In this document: piece by piece, positions 9,826 through 19,401 of the stretch | How positions within the stretch are numbered: position 1 is the stretch's first letter | Layout: each line of letters starts with the position of its first letter | Source: Planctomycetota bacterium | GTDB taxonomy: Bacteria; Planctomycetota; PUPC01; DSUN01 | Length of the DNA stretch: 64,000 nucleotides | Assembly (NCBI GenBank): GCA_041320515.1 | Contig: JBGLNR010000001.1 | Location: 742,201-806,200, forward strand | Direction of reading: 5' to 3' | Translations under genes and position numbers: made by a program | Notes under the pieces: model-generated | What the model saw: only the letters and a program-made list of their open reading frames with translations | Databases searched by the model: none | Told to the model about the DNA's origin: nothing

Positions 9826-10677
9826 ATGGCCCGATCGTGTGCGGCGGTGGCGTGCTTTTTCGGACTACTCGCCGTGGCCACGGCAGGAGAAGCGAAGATG
9901 GCAGAGAAGCGAGGCGTGCTCCGACTCAACCTGCACACCCGCGTCGAGGAGCCGGCCGGCAGCGGCCAGTGGAAGGAAGTCGCCACAACGAAGGAACTCC
10001 TCCCCGCCGAGACGGCTCTCCTGCTGTGCGACGTGTGGGACGTCCACTGGTGCAAGGGGGCCAATGAGCGGCTGGCCAAGCTGCTGCCGCGCATGGCCGA
10101 GGTCGTCAAGTTCCTCCGCTCGAAGGGAGTCCAGATCATCCACGCGCCAAGCGACACGATGAAGTTCTACGAAGGCACGCCGCAGCGCAAGCGCGCCCAG
10201 GCCGCCCCGCAGGTGAAGCCGCCCGAGCCGAAGAAGCTGCCCGACCCGCCTCTGCCCATTGACGCCAGCGACCAGGGCTGCACCGAGGACCCGCCCTGCC
10301 GCGTCCACGGCCCCTGGCGGCGCGAGCACCCCGCCATCGAGGTTGCCGAGCAAGACGCCGTGACCGACAAGGGCGGCGAGGTGTACAGCCTCCTTCAGCA
10401 GCGCGGCATCAAGACCCTCATCATCTTCGGCGTGCACACCAACATGTGCGTCCTCCACCGCTCGTTCGCCATCAAGCAGATGACCCGCTGGGGCGTGCCG
10501 TGCGTGCTCGTGCGCGACCTCACCGACACGATGTACAACCCGAAGCGTCCGCCCCACGTGCCGCACGACCGCGGCACCGAGCTGGTGGTCGAGTTCATCG
10601 AGAAGCACTGGTGCCCCACCGTCCTCAGCGCCGACCTGCTGAGCCTGCGCCCCGCGGCACAAGCGGGCCAGCAATGA
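9826..10677 (+). CDS. isochorismatase-family cysteine hydrolase with signal peptide
   Basis: C-terminal 283 aa of the listed 7504..10677 ORF. ATG at 9826, hydrophobic leader MARSCAAVACFFGLLAVATA. IIFGVHTNMCVLHRSFAIKQM is a typical isochorismatase catalytic-Cys region. Confidence 0.8.
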   Translation: MARSCAAVACFFGLLAVATAGEAKMAEKRGVLRLNLHTRVEEPAGSGQWKEVATTKELLPAETALLLCDVWDVHWCKGANERLAKLLPRMAEVVKFLRSKGVQIIHAPSDTMKFYEGTPQRKRAQAAPQVKPPEPKKLPDPPLPIDASDQGCTEDPPCRVHGPWRREHPAIEVAEQDAVTDKGGEVYSLLQQRGIKTLIIFGVHTNMCVLHRSFAIKQMTRWGVPCVLVRDLTDTMYNPKRPPHVPHDRGTELVVEFIEKHWCPTVLSADLLSLRPAAQAGQQ

Positions 10678-10783
10678 CTTTGGGAGCGGAAGAGGTTAGA
10701 TGGCGTACCTGGCAGTCATGCCGCTTGCATTCCGGCTGGGCCGGGCTATACTACAGTGAATGCCGTGCCCCCGGACCCGCTGA

Positions 10784-11333
<550 letters not shown>

Positions 11334-11386
11334 GTAAGGTGGCCGCAGAACTCCAGAGTGCCTTTGGGTCGTCCAGAGACCAGCAT

Positions 11387-12796
11387 CTACTCCTTCTGGG
11401 CAGAAGCGGCCAAGCGGAAGCCAAAGTACAGGGGTACCATTCCCTCACCCTTGGCTGACGGTCCTGAGCCTCCTCGTGAAGCCGAACGGTAACACTGTGC
11501 AACGGCGGAACAGCAGCCGCCGCGGACCACACGGTATTTCCCAGCCTGAGGTCCCGTCGGATCCGTTGCGGGTTCGGGAGGTAGCTCACCCAACCAATCC
11601 TGGCACCACTCAAATACGTTGCCCGACATATCATAGAGGCCCCATGCGTTCGGCTTCTTCTGACCGACAACTTGAGGAGTACCAAACACGATGGTCTCGC
11701 CAGTCCGGACCAGATGCAGGGTCCCGCCGTCGCGCCCACTGTTACCCCGATGCCAAGCGATTTCGTCGAGGGAGGCGAAGCCCTCCTCTGCATCAGTAAG
11801 TTCCTTCCCGTTATGTAGTGCAGCGCCCGAGCCAGCTCTGCAGGCGTATTCCCATTCTGCTTCCGTGGGCATCCGGAACGCTTGGCCAGGGAACTTGGCG
11901 TTCAGCTTGGCAACGAATTGCTGGCAGTCGTCCCACGACACGTTCTCCACCGGCGCTTTCAATCCTGCCTTCTTGAACTTGGATGGGTTATTGCCCATCA
12001 TGGCTTCCCACTGCTCCTGTGTGATCTCATACTTCCCAATCCAGAAGCCCTTCGTGAGCGTCACCAGGTGTTCTGTCTCTTTCAGTAACTCATTATCCGA
12101 CCGCCCTTTCTCGTCCTTGGGGCTGCCCATTGTGAACTTCCCTGGTGGGCACCAGACCAACTCGATCGACACACCATTGCCGATATCGACCCTTCTCACG
12201 TTCTTCCCCTGAACCGCAGATACTTCTCCTGCCTTGGCCGCCGGTGCTGGATCGGTCGCTGTTGATGTGGCAGCAGGCAGGCCAAACCGCAGGGTGATCG
12301 GCTTGTGGTCAGGGAACTCCAGCACGGCCTCTGTCGCTTGCCGTGGAATGGGCCACAAGTTGAGAACAGGGCCGTCGGCGTTGAGGGAGCGACTCACAAC
12401 GTTCCCCATGGCATCTGACATGACGAGAAAGTCCATGTTCTTTCCCAACGCAAAGAGCCCACCCGAAGGAGTCGCGCCGGCAACCTTGAGTTGACCGGTA
12501 CGCATCACCTTGTCCCCGGACTTCATCTTCCGGATAACCAGAAACCCGACTTGTGACTTCTCGAACTGCTTCAGTGCCTCTTCTAGTTCTGAGACCCGCT
12601 CTGCCTCAAAGCCAGCGAGGCCCTTGATGGCCTTGAGTCCGCTTGTGCCATCCAGTCCAACCACGGCAAGCTCCAAGGGGATGGCGTCGGGGTTACTCAC
12701 CACCTCCACTCTTGAGTTGGCCGGACCCTTGGCCGCCGACGACTGGGCATCAGCACAGAGCCCGACAGCTGCGGTCACCAATGCGAATACGGTCAT
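11387..12796 (-). CDS. secreted protein with C-terminal formylglycine-generating-enzyme (FGE-sulfatase/SUMF1) domain
   Basis: FGE-domain motifs (VTLTKGFWIGKYEITQEQW, VENVSWDDCQQF, RMPTEAEWEYACRAG, NAWGLYDMSGNVFEWCQDW, RVVRGG). Start set at the ATG at 12796, which precedes the signal-like MTVFALVTAAVGLCADA; 12856 or 12994 are also possible. Visibly lower GC than its neighbours. Confidence 0.85.
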   Translation of the reverse strand: MTVFALVTAAVGLCADAQSSAAKGPANSRVEVVSNPDAIPLELAVVGLDGTSGLKAIKGLAGFEAERVSELEEALKQFEKSQVGFLVIRKMKSGDKVMRTGQLKVAGATPSGGLFALGKNMDFLVMSDAMGNVVSRSLNADGPVLNLWPIPRQATEAVLEFPDHKPITLRFGLPAATSTATDPAPAAKAGEVSAVQGKNVRRVDIGNGVSIELVWCPPGKFTMGSPKDEKGRSDNELLKETEHLVTLTKGFWIGKYEITQEQWEAMMGNNPSKFKKAGLKAPVENVSWDDCQQFVAKLNAKFPGQAFRMPTEAEWEYACRAGSGAALHNGKELTDAEEGFASLDEIAWHRGNSGRDGGTLHLVRTGETIVFGTPQVVGQKKPNAWGLYDMSGNVFEWCQDWLGELPPEPATDPTGPQAGKYRVVRGGCCSAVAQCYRSASRGGSGPSAKGEGMVPLYFGFRLAASAQKE

Positions 12797-13198
12797 CGCC
12801 AGTCTCGAGTTCACGTCTGTGTCTCCTACTGTCGCCGTTGTTCCAGTGTGCGGCATCGGGGCGACATCCAAGACGCCGAACAACAACTGGACAAGCTGTG
12901 TGCTACGTGCCTCCGAAGACCAGTATGCCTGCAACTTACAAAGTCGGGATGTGAGACGCGCTGGAACAAGTATAGTGTACCCCCCCCTTGTCAAGCGCGA
13001 CTTGAGCGATCCAGGGGAGGATGCTACAGGTAGGGGGCAGATCTACACTTCGGCTTCCCTTGCCGGCGGGATCGCACTTGATGGGACGGACGGGGGCTGT
13101 GGCGCAATGGGGCTTGCTAGTTGTGCCGGATGTGATACGATCGGGTGGGACATGAGCCCGGCGGAGCGCCGCTACTTTCGTTCCAGGAGGCGCGACTG

Positions 13199-13489
13199 AT
13201 GAAGAAGCAAACAAACAAGAGCGTTGTTCCAGGTTCCGCCGAGTACTACGATTCGCACGGGGTGCTGGACGACCTGGTGGATGAGCCGGTGGAGTTCAGC
13301 CTTGCAGAGGGTCTGCGGGAGGACATCCTTCATGGGCGTCGGCGGCGGCCGAAGAAGAACCTGTCGCTGAAGATTGATCCTCTCCACGAGCAGGCGATCC
13401 GGAAGCTGGCGACGATGCGGGCAGTGCCGTTCCAGACCCTGATCCGCCAGTGGATCGCCGAGCGTCTGGCCTCGGAACTGAAGTCCTGA
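13199..13489 (+). CDS. BrnA/CopG-like antitoxin, orphan (no adjacent toxin)
   Basis: Start at the MKKQ ATG at 13199. The C-terminal ...SLKIDPLHEQAIRKLATMRAVPFQTLIRQWIAERLASE matches the BrnA-type RHH tail. Confidence 0.7.
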   Translation: MKKQTNKSVVPGSAEYYDSHGVLDDLVDEPVEFSLAEGLREDILHGRRRRPKKNLSLKIDPLHEQAIRKLATMRAVPFQTLIRQWIAERLASELKS

Positions 13490-13530
13490 CGAAGCGGTTT
13501 CGCGTTTCGCGGCTCGCGTTGGGATCGGGG

Positions 13531-14328
13531 TCACGCCAACAACCGCCGGGCATTCTCCCACAGCAGCGCCGCCTCGCGCTCGGCCCCGAGGCCCAGGCTC
13601 AACAGGCGGTCCATCGCCACCTTCTGGCTCGACCAGGGCGAATCGGTGCCGAAGAGGAGATACTCCTTCGGGTGGCCGAGGAGAATCCCGCGGGCCTCGG
13701 CGTCGGTCATGAACTCCATCGAGTACGAGATTTCCATGTAGATGGGCCGGCCGAGCAGGTGCCGCCGCGACTCGGCCCAGTCCATCCACCCGCCCATGTG
13801 CGAGGTGACGAGGCGGAGCCGCGGAAAGCGGTCGAGGAGCCGCAGGATGCGCTCGGCGTCGCACTTGCGGATGCGGGGGAAGGCGGTGTCGAAGCCCGTG
13901 TGGCTCAGGTGGAGGAGGCCGCTGTCCTGGAGCCGCTCGTAGACGGGCACGAGGCGCGGGTCGTCCATCTCGAAGCCCTGGTAGTAGGGGTGCAGCTTGA
14001 TGCCCTTGAGCCCAGCCTCGCGCACCGCGTCAATCCGCCCGAGAGCCGCGGGGTCGAAGGGGTGGAACGAGGGGAAGGGGACGATGCGGTCGGACGCGAT
14101 GGCCTTGCACCATTTGAGAATCGAGGGGAACTGCTCGGGCTTCGTCGCGATGCAGGCCACGACAGAGGTCTCGATCCCCGCCTCATCCATTGAGCGCAGG
14201 AGGGAGCCAATCGTGCCGTCGAGCACGGCCTTGGCGTTGCCCGGCTGGGCCTCGAGCGTCGAGAGCGCCTTCGCCGCCAACCCATCGGGGAACGCATGCG
14301 TGTGGAAGTCAACCGCCTTCGGCGCCAT
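13531..14328 (-). CDS. amidohydrolase-2 family metal-dependent hydrolase (TIM barrel)
   Basis: Start MAPKAVDFHTHAFP (ATG at 14328) within the listed 13531..14631 ORF. Contains the HxH metal motif and the family-typical ...LLFGTDSPW near the C-terminus. Confidence 0.8.
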   Translation of the reverse strand: MAPKAVDFHTHAFPDGLAAKALSTLEAQPGNAKAVLDGTIGSLLRSMDEAGIETSVVACIATKPEQFPSILKWCKAIASDRIVPFPSFHPFDPAALGRIDAVREAGLKGIKLHPYYQGFEMDDPRLVPVYERLQDSGLLHLSHTGFDTAFPRIRKCDAERILRLLDRFPRLRLVTSHMGGWMDWAESRRHLLGRPIYMEISYSMEFMTDAEARGILLGHPKEYLLFGTDSPWSSQKVAMDRLLSLGLGAEREAALLWENARRLLA

Positions 14329-14424
14329 TCGTCCTGTGCTTCTCCTTCCGCGGGAGCGGGACTCTACCACGCTCGTTGCCTCGATGCAAGCGCGCGTGTG
14401 GGCGCCTTGCCCACCGTCCGACCC

Positions 14425-14481
14425 CCGATGCTGCGCCGCGCCCGTGTGCGGAAGATTCCATAGTTGTACAAGTGTGAAATG
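14425..14481. repeat. 57-bp intergenic repeat, copy A (contains palindrome TTGTACAA)
   Basis: CCGATGCTGCGCCGCGCCCGTGTGCGGAAGATTCCATAGTTGTACAAGTGTGAAATG is near-identical to copy B, 152 bp downstream. Confidence 0.9.
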
Positions 14482-14576
14482 TTCTGCCCACGGCCGGCGG
14501 GCGCGGCCTGGCGGGCCTGAGCGTTCCTTCCTGCCCCCACTCGCCGCGCCCCCGCGCCAATGAGAGCGCCCCAGCA

Positions 14577-14633
14577 CCGATGCTGTGCCGGGCCCGTGTG
14601 CAGAAGGTTGCATAGTTGTACAAGTGTGCAATC
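14577..14633. repeat. 57-bp intergenic repeat, copy B; ends 20 nt before the arsR-like start
   Basis: CCGATGCTGTGCCGGGCCCGTGTGCAGAAGGTTGCATAGTTGTACAAGTGTGCAATC. Confidence 0.9.
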
Positions 14634-14652
14634 ATCCTTCAGAGGAGAACCC

Positions 14653-15309
14653 ATGGACGAACTCATCGTGCGGGTGTCGCGCGGGGCGGCCTGTGTCACG
14701 AGGCTGCGCATCCTGGCGCGACTTGCCGGGGGTGAAGAGTTGACTCTGAGCCGCCTTGCAGGCGACCTGCGGCTCCGGCGGGACCTGGTGTGCACACACC
14801 TTGCGCGTCTCACCGCCGTGGGGCTCGTCCGGCGCCGCCGCTCCGGACGCCGGTGCTACTGCATCGCAGGCTCCCCCTATGGGCCGGACACTATCAGCGG
14901 CCAGGTGGCGTCGTGGCTTGGCGCTGCCTTGCGGGCGCACCGCGCGTCGCTGGATGCCACCCGCCTGCCGAAACGCGGCAGACGACGGGCGGTCGGCGGG
15001 TTGCCCCAGGTCTACGGCGCCCTTCTCGATGCGGCTACAGCCTTCACACACCCGCGTCGCATCCAGGCCCTGCGCCTGATTGCCTCCCGCACACTCACGG
15101 CCAGCGGGGAGTCCGCGCGCGAGTTGCGGATGTCCGCTCCCGCGCTGAGCAGGCACGTGGCCAAGCTGGTCCGCCGGGGGTACGTCAGCGCCTCGCGTGT
15201 GGGGCATCGTCTGTCCTGCCAACTTGCCGTCACGACCAAGACGCTGTATCATGCGCGACTGCTGGAGATCGTGCGGAGGCACTGGGACGAGCAGGGACCC
15301 AGTGCCTGA
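14653..15309 (+). CDS. ArsR-family transcriptional regulator with two tandem winged-helix domains
   Basis: ATG at 14653 after AGAGGAG. Two ArsR-like HTH units are visible (RLRILARLAGGEELTLSRLAGDLRL..., and RRIQALRLIAS...ESARELRMSAPALSRHVAKLVRRGYV). Confidence 0.75.
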   Translation: MDELIVRVSRGAACVTRLRILARLAGGEELTLSRLAGDLRLRRDLVCTHLARLTAVGLVRRRRSGRRCYCIAGSPYGPDTISGQVASWLGAALRAHRASLDATRLPKRGRRRAVGGLPQVYGALLDAATAFTHPRRIQALRLIASRTLTASGESARELRMSAPALSRHVAKLVRRGYVSASRVGHRLSCQLAVTTKTLYHARLLEIVRRHWDEQGPSA

Positions 15310-15348
15310 CGGCGCGTTCGCGGACACAGTGGGGTGGGTGTGGGAGAC

Positions 15349-15375
15349 TCCACAGTTGTACAGCTCTGCAAAGTT
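15349..15375. promoter_or_regulatory. third, partial copy of the TTGTACA core motif (CCACAGTTGTACAGCTCTGCAAAG)
   Basis: Shares the core (C)A(T/C)AGTTGTACA..T.TGCAA with the 57-bp repeats. Lies between arsR-like and the next gene. Confidence 0.5.
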
Positions 15376-15484
15376 CGTTTACCCCGCCGGCCCTGCACGC
15401 GGACGGCTTGTCCTCTCCTCGCAGCCCCGGCCCGTGGTGTTGGGCCGCGGGGGAAAGGGTGAGGGCGCGCACGCGGGCCGGACC

Positions 15485-17392
15485 ATGGCCGCGCCCGACA
15501 CGCGCCGCTCCCCCACCCCCTCCCCCCCTCCCTTCCAGGGAGTGGGCAGGGGGAGGGTAGGGCCGCGTGGTAGCTCCCAATCCCTCGCTCCACCGAGGCA
15601 GGCTCGGTGGGGGTGGGGGTGGGGGCGGGTGCTCTGGGCATCGCTTGGTTTCCTCTTGTGCGGGACCGCCTTCGCCGGTGAGGGCGTGACCGTGCTGGAG
15701 GCGGAGAAGCTGGTTGCGGGCAAGGGAGAGGTGTTCCGCCACAAAACGGCCTCGGGCGGCCAGGTGGCGATCGTGCGCTGGGGGCGGATGCTCGAGGCGT
15801 CGCCCATGCTGCCGCCCGGCCTCTACGAAGTCACCGCCTGGGTCTCCGCACACCCCGTCGAGCTGCTCCACCGCCTCGCCGTGACGTTCCAGGCCGGCGG
15901 CGAGCAGCGGACCGCTCAGGCCGCCTGGTTCGACCGCTCGGGCGTCTACATCCCGATCATCCTTCGCGTTGCTCACGGGGGCGGCCCGCTGCCGCTCGCG
16001 CTCGATGCCACAGGCGCCTCGGGCTTCGACGGCATGCGCCGCCAGAAGAGCGAGGAGGAGGCCGAGTACCTCAAGAAGCTGGAGAAGGACTTCCTGGGCA
16101 AGGGCTCCATCGAGAAGCCCGGCGGCGAGAGGGACGACGGCCTCGGCGAGCTGGAGGAGGGGAAGGACCTCCGCGCCCTCGGCCCGCAGGAGCCGTATGT
16201 TGCTTGTGACCGCATCGAGATCCGCAAGCTCGCCGACCTTGCGGCCATCGTCAGCGCGGTCCGCGTGGACAAGGTTCACTACCCCCCCGGGGACGAGGTC
16301 AGGGCTGAGGTGGATGTCAGCCAAATCGCGGAGTTGATCAACTCCGCGATTTGGCGCGAGTGCCGCATCACCGCCCTCGAAGTGCGGGAACGCTCCATTT
16401 GCCGCACCGTGTTCGAGAAGGACGTCCAGTTGGCCGAGGAGCCGACGACGCTCTCCTTCGCCTACAAGCCCGGCGATGCGGAGTTCGGGCGCGAACTCCT
16501 CGTCGTCGTGAGTCCAGGCGGAAAGGCTCTTGAGGTTGCGCCCGCAGGCCTGGCCGATCCCGTCAAGAGCTTCCCCGGCAGCCGCTCCGAGGTCTTCGGC
16601 GTCAGCCGCAACGTCTATCGCATCGGCATCACCGGCGCCTCGGGCGGCCACCACAAGGCGGGGATGACCGCCGCCGACTTCGCCAAGGTCATGCAGGCCA
16701 ACAAGCGGGCCTACGCCAATCACTTCGAGGTCTTCGCCTGGGCGCCGTGCGACTACTCGGAGATGACGCCCGACACGGAGTTCTTCCTCTCGGGCCAGAC
16801 GCAGTACCACGGCTCCGTGAGCGCCTTCAAGGCCCTTCTGGCCGAGGCCCACAAGGTGGGCGTCAAGGGCATCACCTACGGCAAGGCCTGCGCCGGCGGC
16901 ATCGCCGGCTGGGAGACGTTCCGCAAGCATCCCGACTTCTTCGGCATCGCTGCCTGGGCGGGCGTTAGCTCCGACCGCATCGGCGTCTTCAACTGCGAGC
17001 GCATGCTCCGCAACGAGCACTCCCTCGCCGGCCCCGAAAAGGGCGAATGGCAGGACTGGCAGTCCGCCTGGGTCAACGCCGCCTCCGACGCCGCGGTGGA
17101 CCTCGGCGCCGACGAGATCATCGCCAGCGCCCGAATGTTCGGCTGGGACGGCGTGCGCTGGGACGGCCATTTCGTGGGCAACATGGTCCGCTTCAAGAAG
17201 CGCGTAGACGCGGCCCTGCCCAACTTCATCCACGGCTACAACATCGCCTTCGCCAACCCAGGCTCCAAGCTCTTCCTGCCAGACAAGAACGTCGAGGACT
17301 TCCACGAGTGCGCCCGCGGCCACGGCCTGATGATGGACGAGAGCGTGCGCGACTGGAGCCACACCAATTTCTCGCCCGGCCACACGCGGCCA
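15485..17392 (+). CDS. secreted GHL-type TIM-barrel protein, 3'-truncated at a junction with mnmG
   Basis: N-terminal part of the listed 15197..18739 ORF. Start uncertain: ATG 15485, or GTG 15629 before the leader VLWASLGFLLCGTAFA. TIM-barrel glycosidase-like region (FEVFAWAPCDYSEM, KVGVKGITYGKACAGG, FGWDGVRWDGHF). Coding sense is lost at about 17385-17395, where the ORF becomes antisense of mnmG. Confidence 0.55.
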
Positions 17393-18607
17393 GACGAGCG
17401 GCTCGTCGCCCCGGGCCGCGAGGGCGGCGTTGATGCCGGCCATGATGCCCTGGGCCGCCGCCTCCTCGTAGCCCGACGTGCCGTTGATCTGCCCGGCGAG
17501 GAAGAGGCCGGGCAGCCGCTTCGTCTCCAGCGACGGCTGGGTCTGGTAGGGCGGCACGAAGTCGTAGGCAATGCCGTAGCCGTAGCGGACGATGTCGCAC
17601 TGCTCCAGGCCGCGAATGCTGCGGACCATCTCGACCTGGACCTCAGGCGGCAGTGTGTTGAACAGGCCGTTGGCGTAGACCTCGTGCGTGTGCTCCCCCT
17701 CGGGCTCCAGGAAGAGCTGGTGCGAGGTCTTCTCGGGGAAGCGGACGACTTTGGCCTCAATCGAGGGGCAGTAGCGCGGGACGGCTCCGACGGCTCGGCC
17801 CGACATTTCGGCGGAGCGGTGGGCGCTGGCCCGCACGATCTCGTGGGTCCGCTCGTTCGTGTGGGCCATGTAGCAGGGGATGTTGGGCCGCCGAATCTCC
17901 GCCGTGGAGAAGGAGAAAGGGCGGGCCGGATCGTCGCCGTGCTGCGGTTCGAGCACGCTGTAGTCAATCGTGCCGCCGTGAAGGCGGGGCGGCGTGTTGG
18001 TCGTGAGGCGGCCGACCTCGAAGCCCAGTCGCCGCAGGTCGTCGGAGATGCCGAGGGCCGGCGGCTCGCCCGCGCGGCCGGCGGGGGTCTGCTGCTCGCC
18101 CAGGTGGACCATGCCGTTGAGGAACGTGCCCGTGGTGAGGACGGTGCAGCGGCCGCGGCTCTCGACGCCGATGGTGTCGCGGACGCCGGTGCACCGGTCG
18201 CCCTCGACGAGCAGGCCGCAGACGCTCGCCTGGCGGAGCCACAGGTTCGGCTGCTCCTCGAGCAGGAGCTTCATCGTCCGCGAGTAGAGCCAGCGATCGG
18301 CCTGGGCGCGGGGCGAGTGGACGGCTGGGCCGCGGCCGCGGTTGAGCATGCGGAACTGGATGCCCGTCGCGTCGGTCACGACGCCCATCACGCCGCCGAG
18401 GGCGTCAATCTCGCGGACGAGTTGGCCTTTCGCCAGCCCGCCGATGGCCGGGTTGCAGGACATCTTGGCGATGGTGTCGAGGTTGATCGTCAGGAGCAGC
18501 GTCTTCGCGCCCAGGCGAGCGGCGGCGTGGGCCGCCTCGCAGCCCGCATGGCCCGCGCCGACCACAATCACGTCGAAAACACCGGGAGCTTGCGGCTTCC
18601 TGGTCAT
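17393..18607 (-). pseudogene. mnmG: tRNA uridine-5-carboxymethylaminomethyl synthesis enzyme MnmG, N-terminal ~405 codons only
   Basis: FDVIVVGAGHAGCEAA FAD motif through GLFLAGQINGTSGYEEAAAQGIMAGINAAL...GDEPLV. MnmG proteins are about 620 aa. After about 17393 the frame is antisense of the neighbouring gene, not MnmG-like. Confidence 0.85.
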
Positions 18608-19401
18608 CTGGTGACTCGCACGGTGGCGCCACGGCCGACGCCGAGGATGTCGGCGGCGGAGCGGCGGTTGGCGGAGACTTCGAGGAGGCCCGAGCTGCCG
18701 ATGACGGCGAGCAGCCTGCCCACGCCGGCGTCCGCGTAGGCGCGCTGAACGCCCTCGATGGTCGCATCAGCGATGCCCACTTCGAGCCTGGCGTCGCCCG
18801 TCGGGTCCAGCGCCGCGAGGTCCTGCCTCGAGATGTTGGTGACCAGGTTGCCGAAATGGTCCACGTGGACGACGCTGCCTTCGAGCACGTTGTCGGCCAC
18901 GCGGCGCGGGAGCGCCTCGTCGAGCGTCACGGGGTCGGCCACGGGCCGGCCCAGCTTCCCCACATCCACGCCGAGCGTCAGATGGGCGGCGACGGGCGCG
19001 AGGATGTCGCGGCCGTGGAACGTCATGCTCACAGGGTGCCTGAAGTAGGCCCCATTCGTCACGTTCACAAGCCGCGTCGGGGGCGACTGGGCGAGGGCGA
19101 CGCTCAGGAGCCCGTTGTCGGGGGCCAGGAGCACGTGCCCTTGCACCTCGGCGGCCAGGATGCGGCGCTCGCTCCCCACGCCGGGGTCAACGACGGCCAC
19201 GTGCACGGTGTGCGGCGGGAAGTAGCGGAACGACCACGCGAGCAGGTAGGCCGCCCCAACAATGTCGTGCGGCAGCACGTCGTGCGACACGTCCACCAGC
19301 AACGCATCGGGGTTCACGCTGAGCGCGGCGCCCTTCATTGCGGCCACATAGGGGTCCGCCGTGCCGAAGTCGGTGAGGAACGTGATACAGCCTCGGCTCA
19401 C
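18604..19401 (-). CDS. SAM hydroxide adenosyltransferase family protein (DUF62, chlorinase/fluorinase-like)
   Basis: ITFLTDFGTADPYVAAMKG, VDPGVGSERR and VDHFGNLVTN are family hallmarks. The GTG start overlaps the GT39 stop (GTGA), and the stop overlaps the mnmG start (ATGA). Confidence 0.85.
   Translation of the reverse strand: MSRGCITFLTDFGTADPYVAAMKGAALSVNPDALLVDVSHDVLPHDIVGAAYLLAWSFRYFPPHTVHVAVVDPGVGSERRILAAEVQGHVLLAPDNGLLSVALAQSPPTRLVNVTNGAYFRHPVSMTFHGRDILAPVAAHLTLGVDVGKLGRPVADPVTLDEALPRRVADNVLEGSVVHVDHFGNLVTNISRQDLAALDPTGDARLEVGIADATIEGVQRAYADAGVGRLLAVIGSSGLLEVSANRRSAADILGVGRGATVRVTR

Noticed and set aside
15230-17392. 3' two-thirds of the 1125-aa minus ORF (15230..18607), and 3' third of the 1180-aa plus ORF (17393..18739).
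   Set aside because: Each is the antisense read-through of the other gene beyond the ~17390 junction. MnmG-like or GHL-like sequence stops there.
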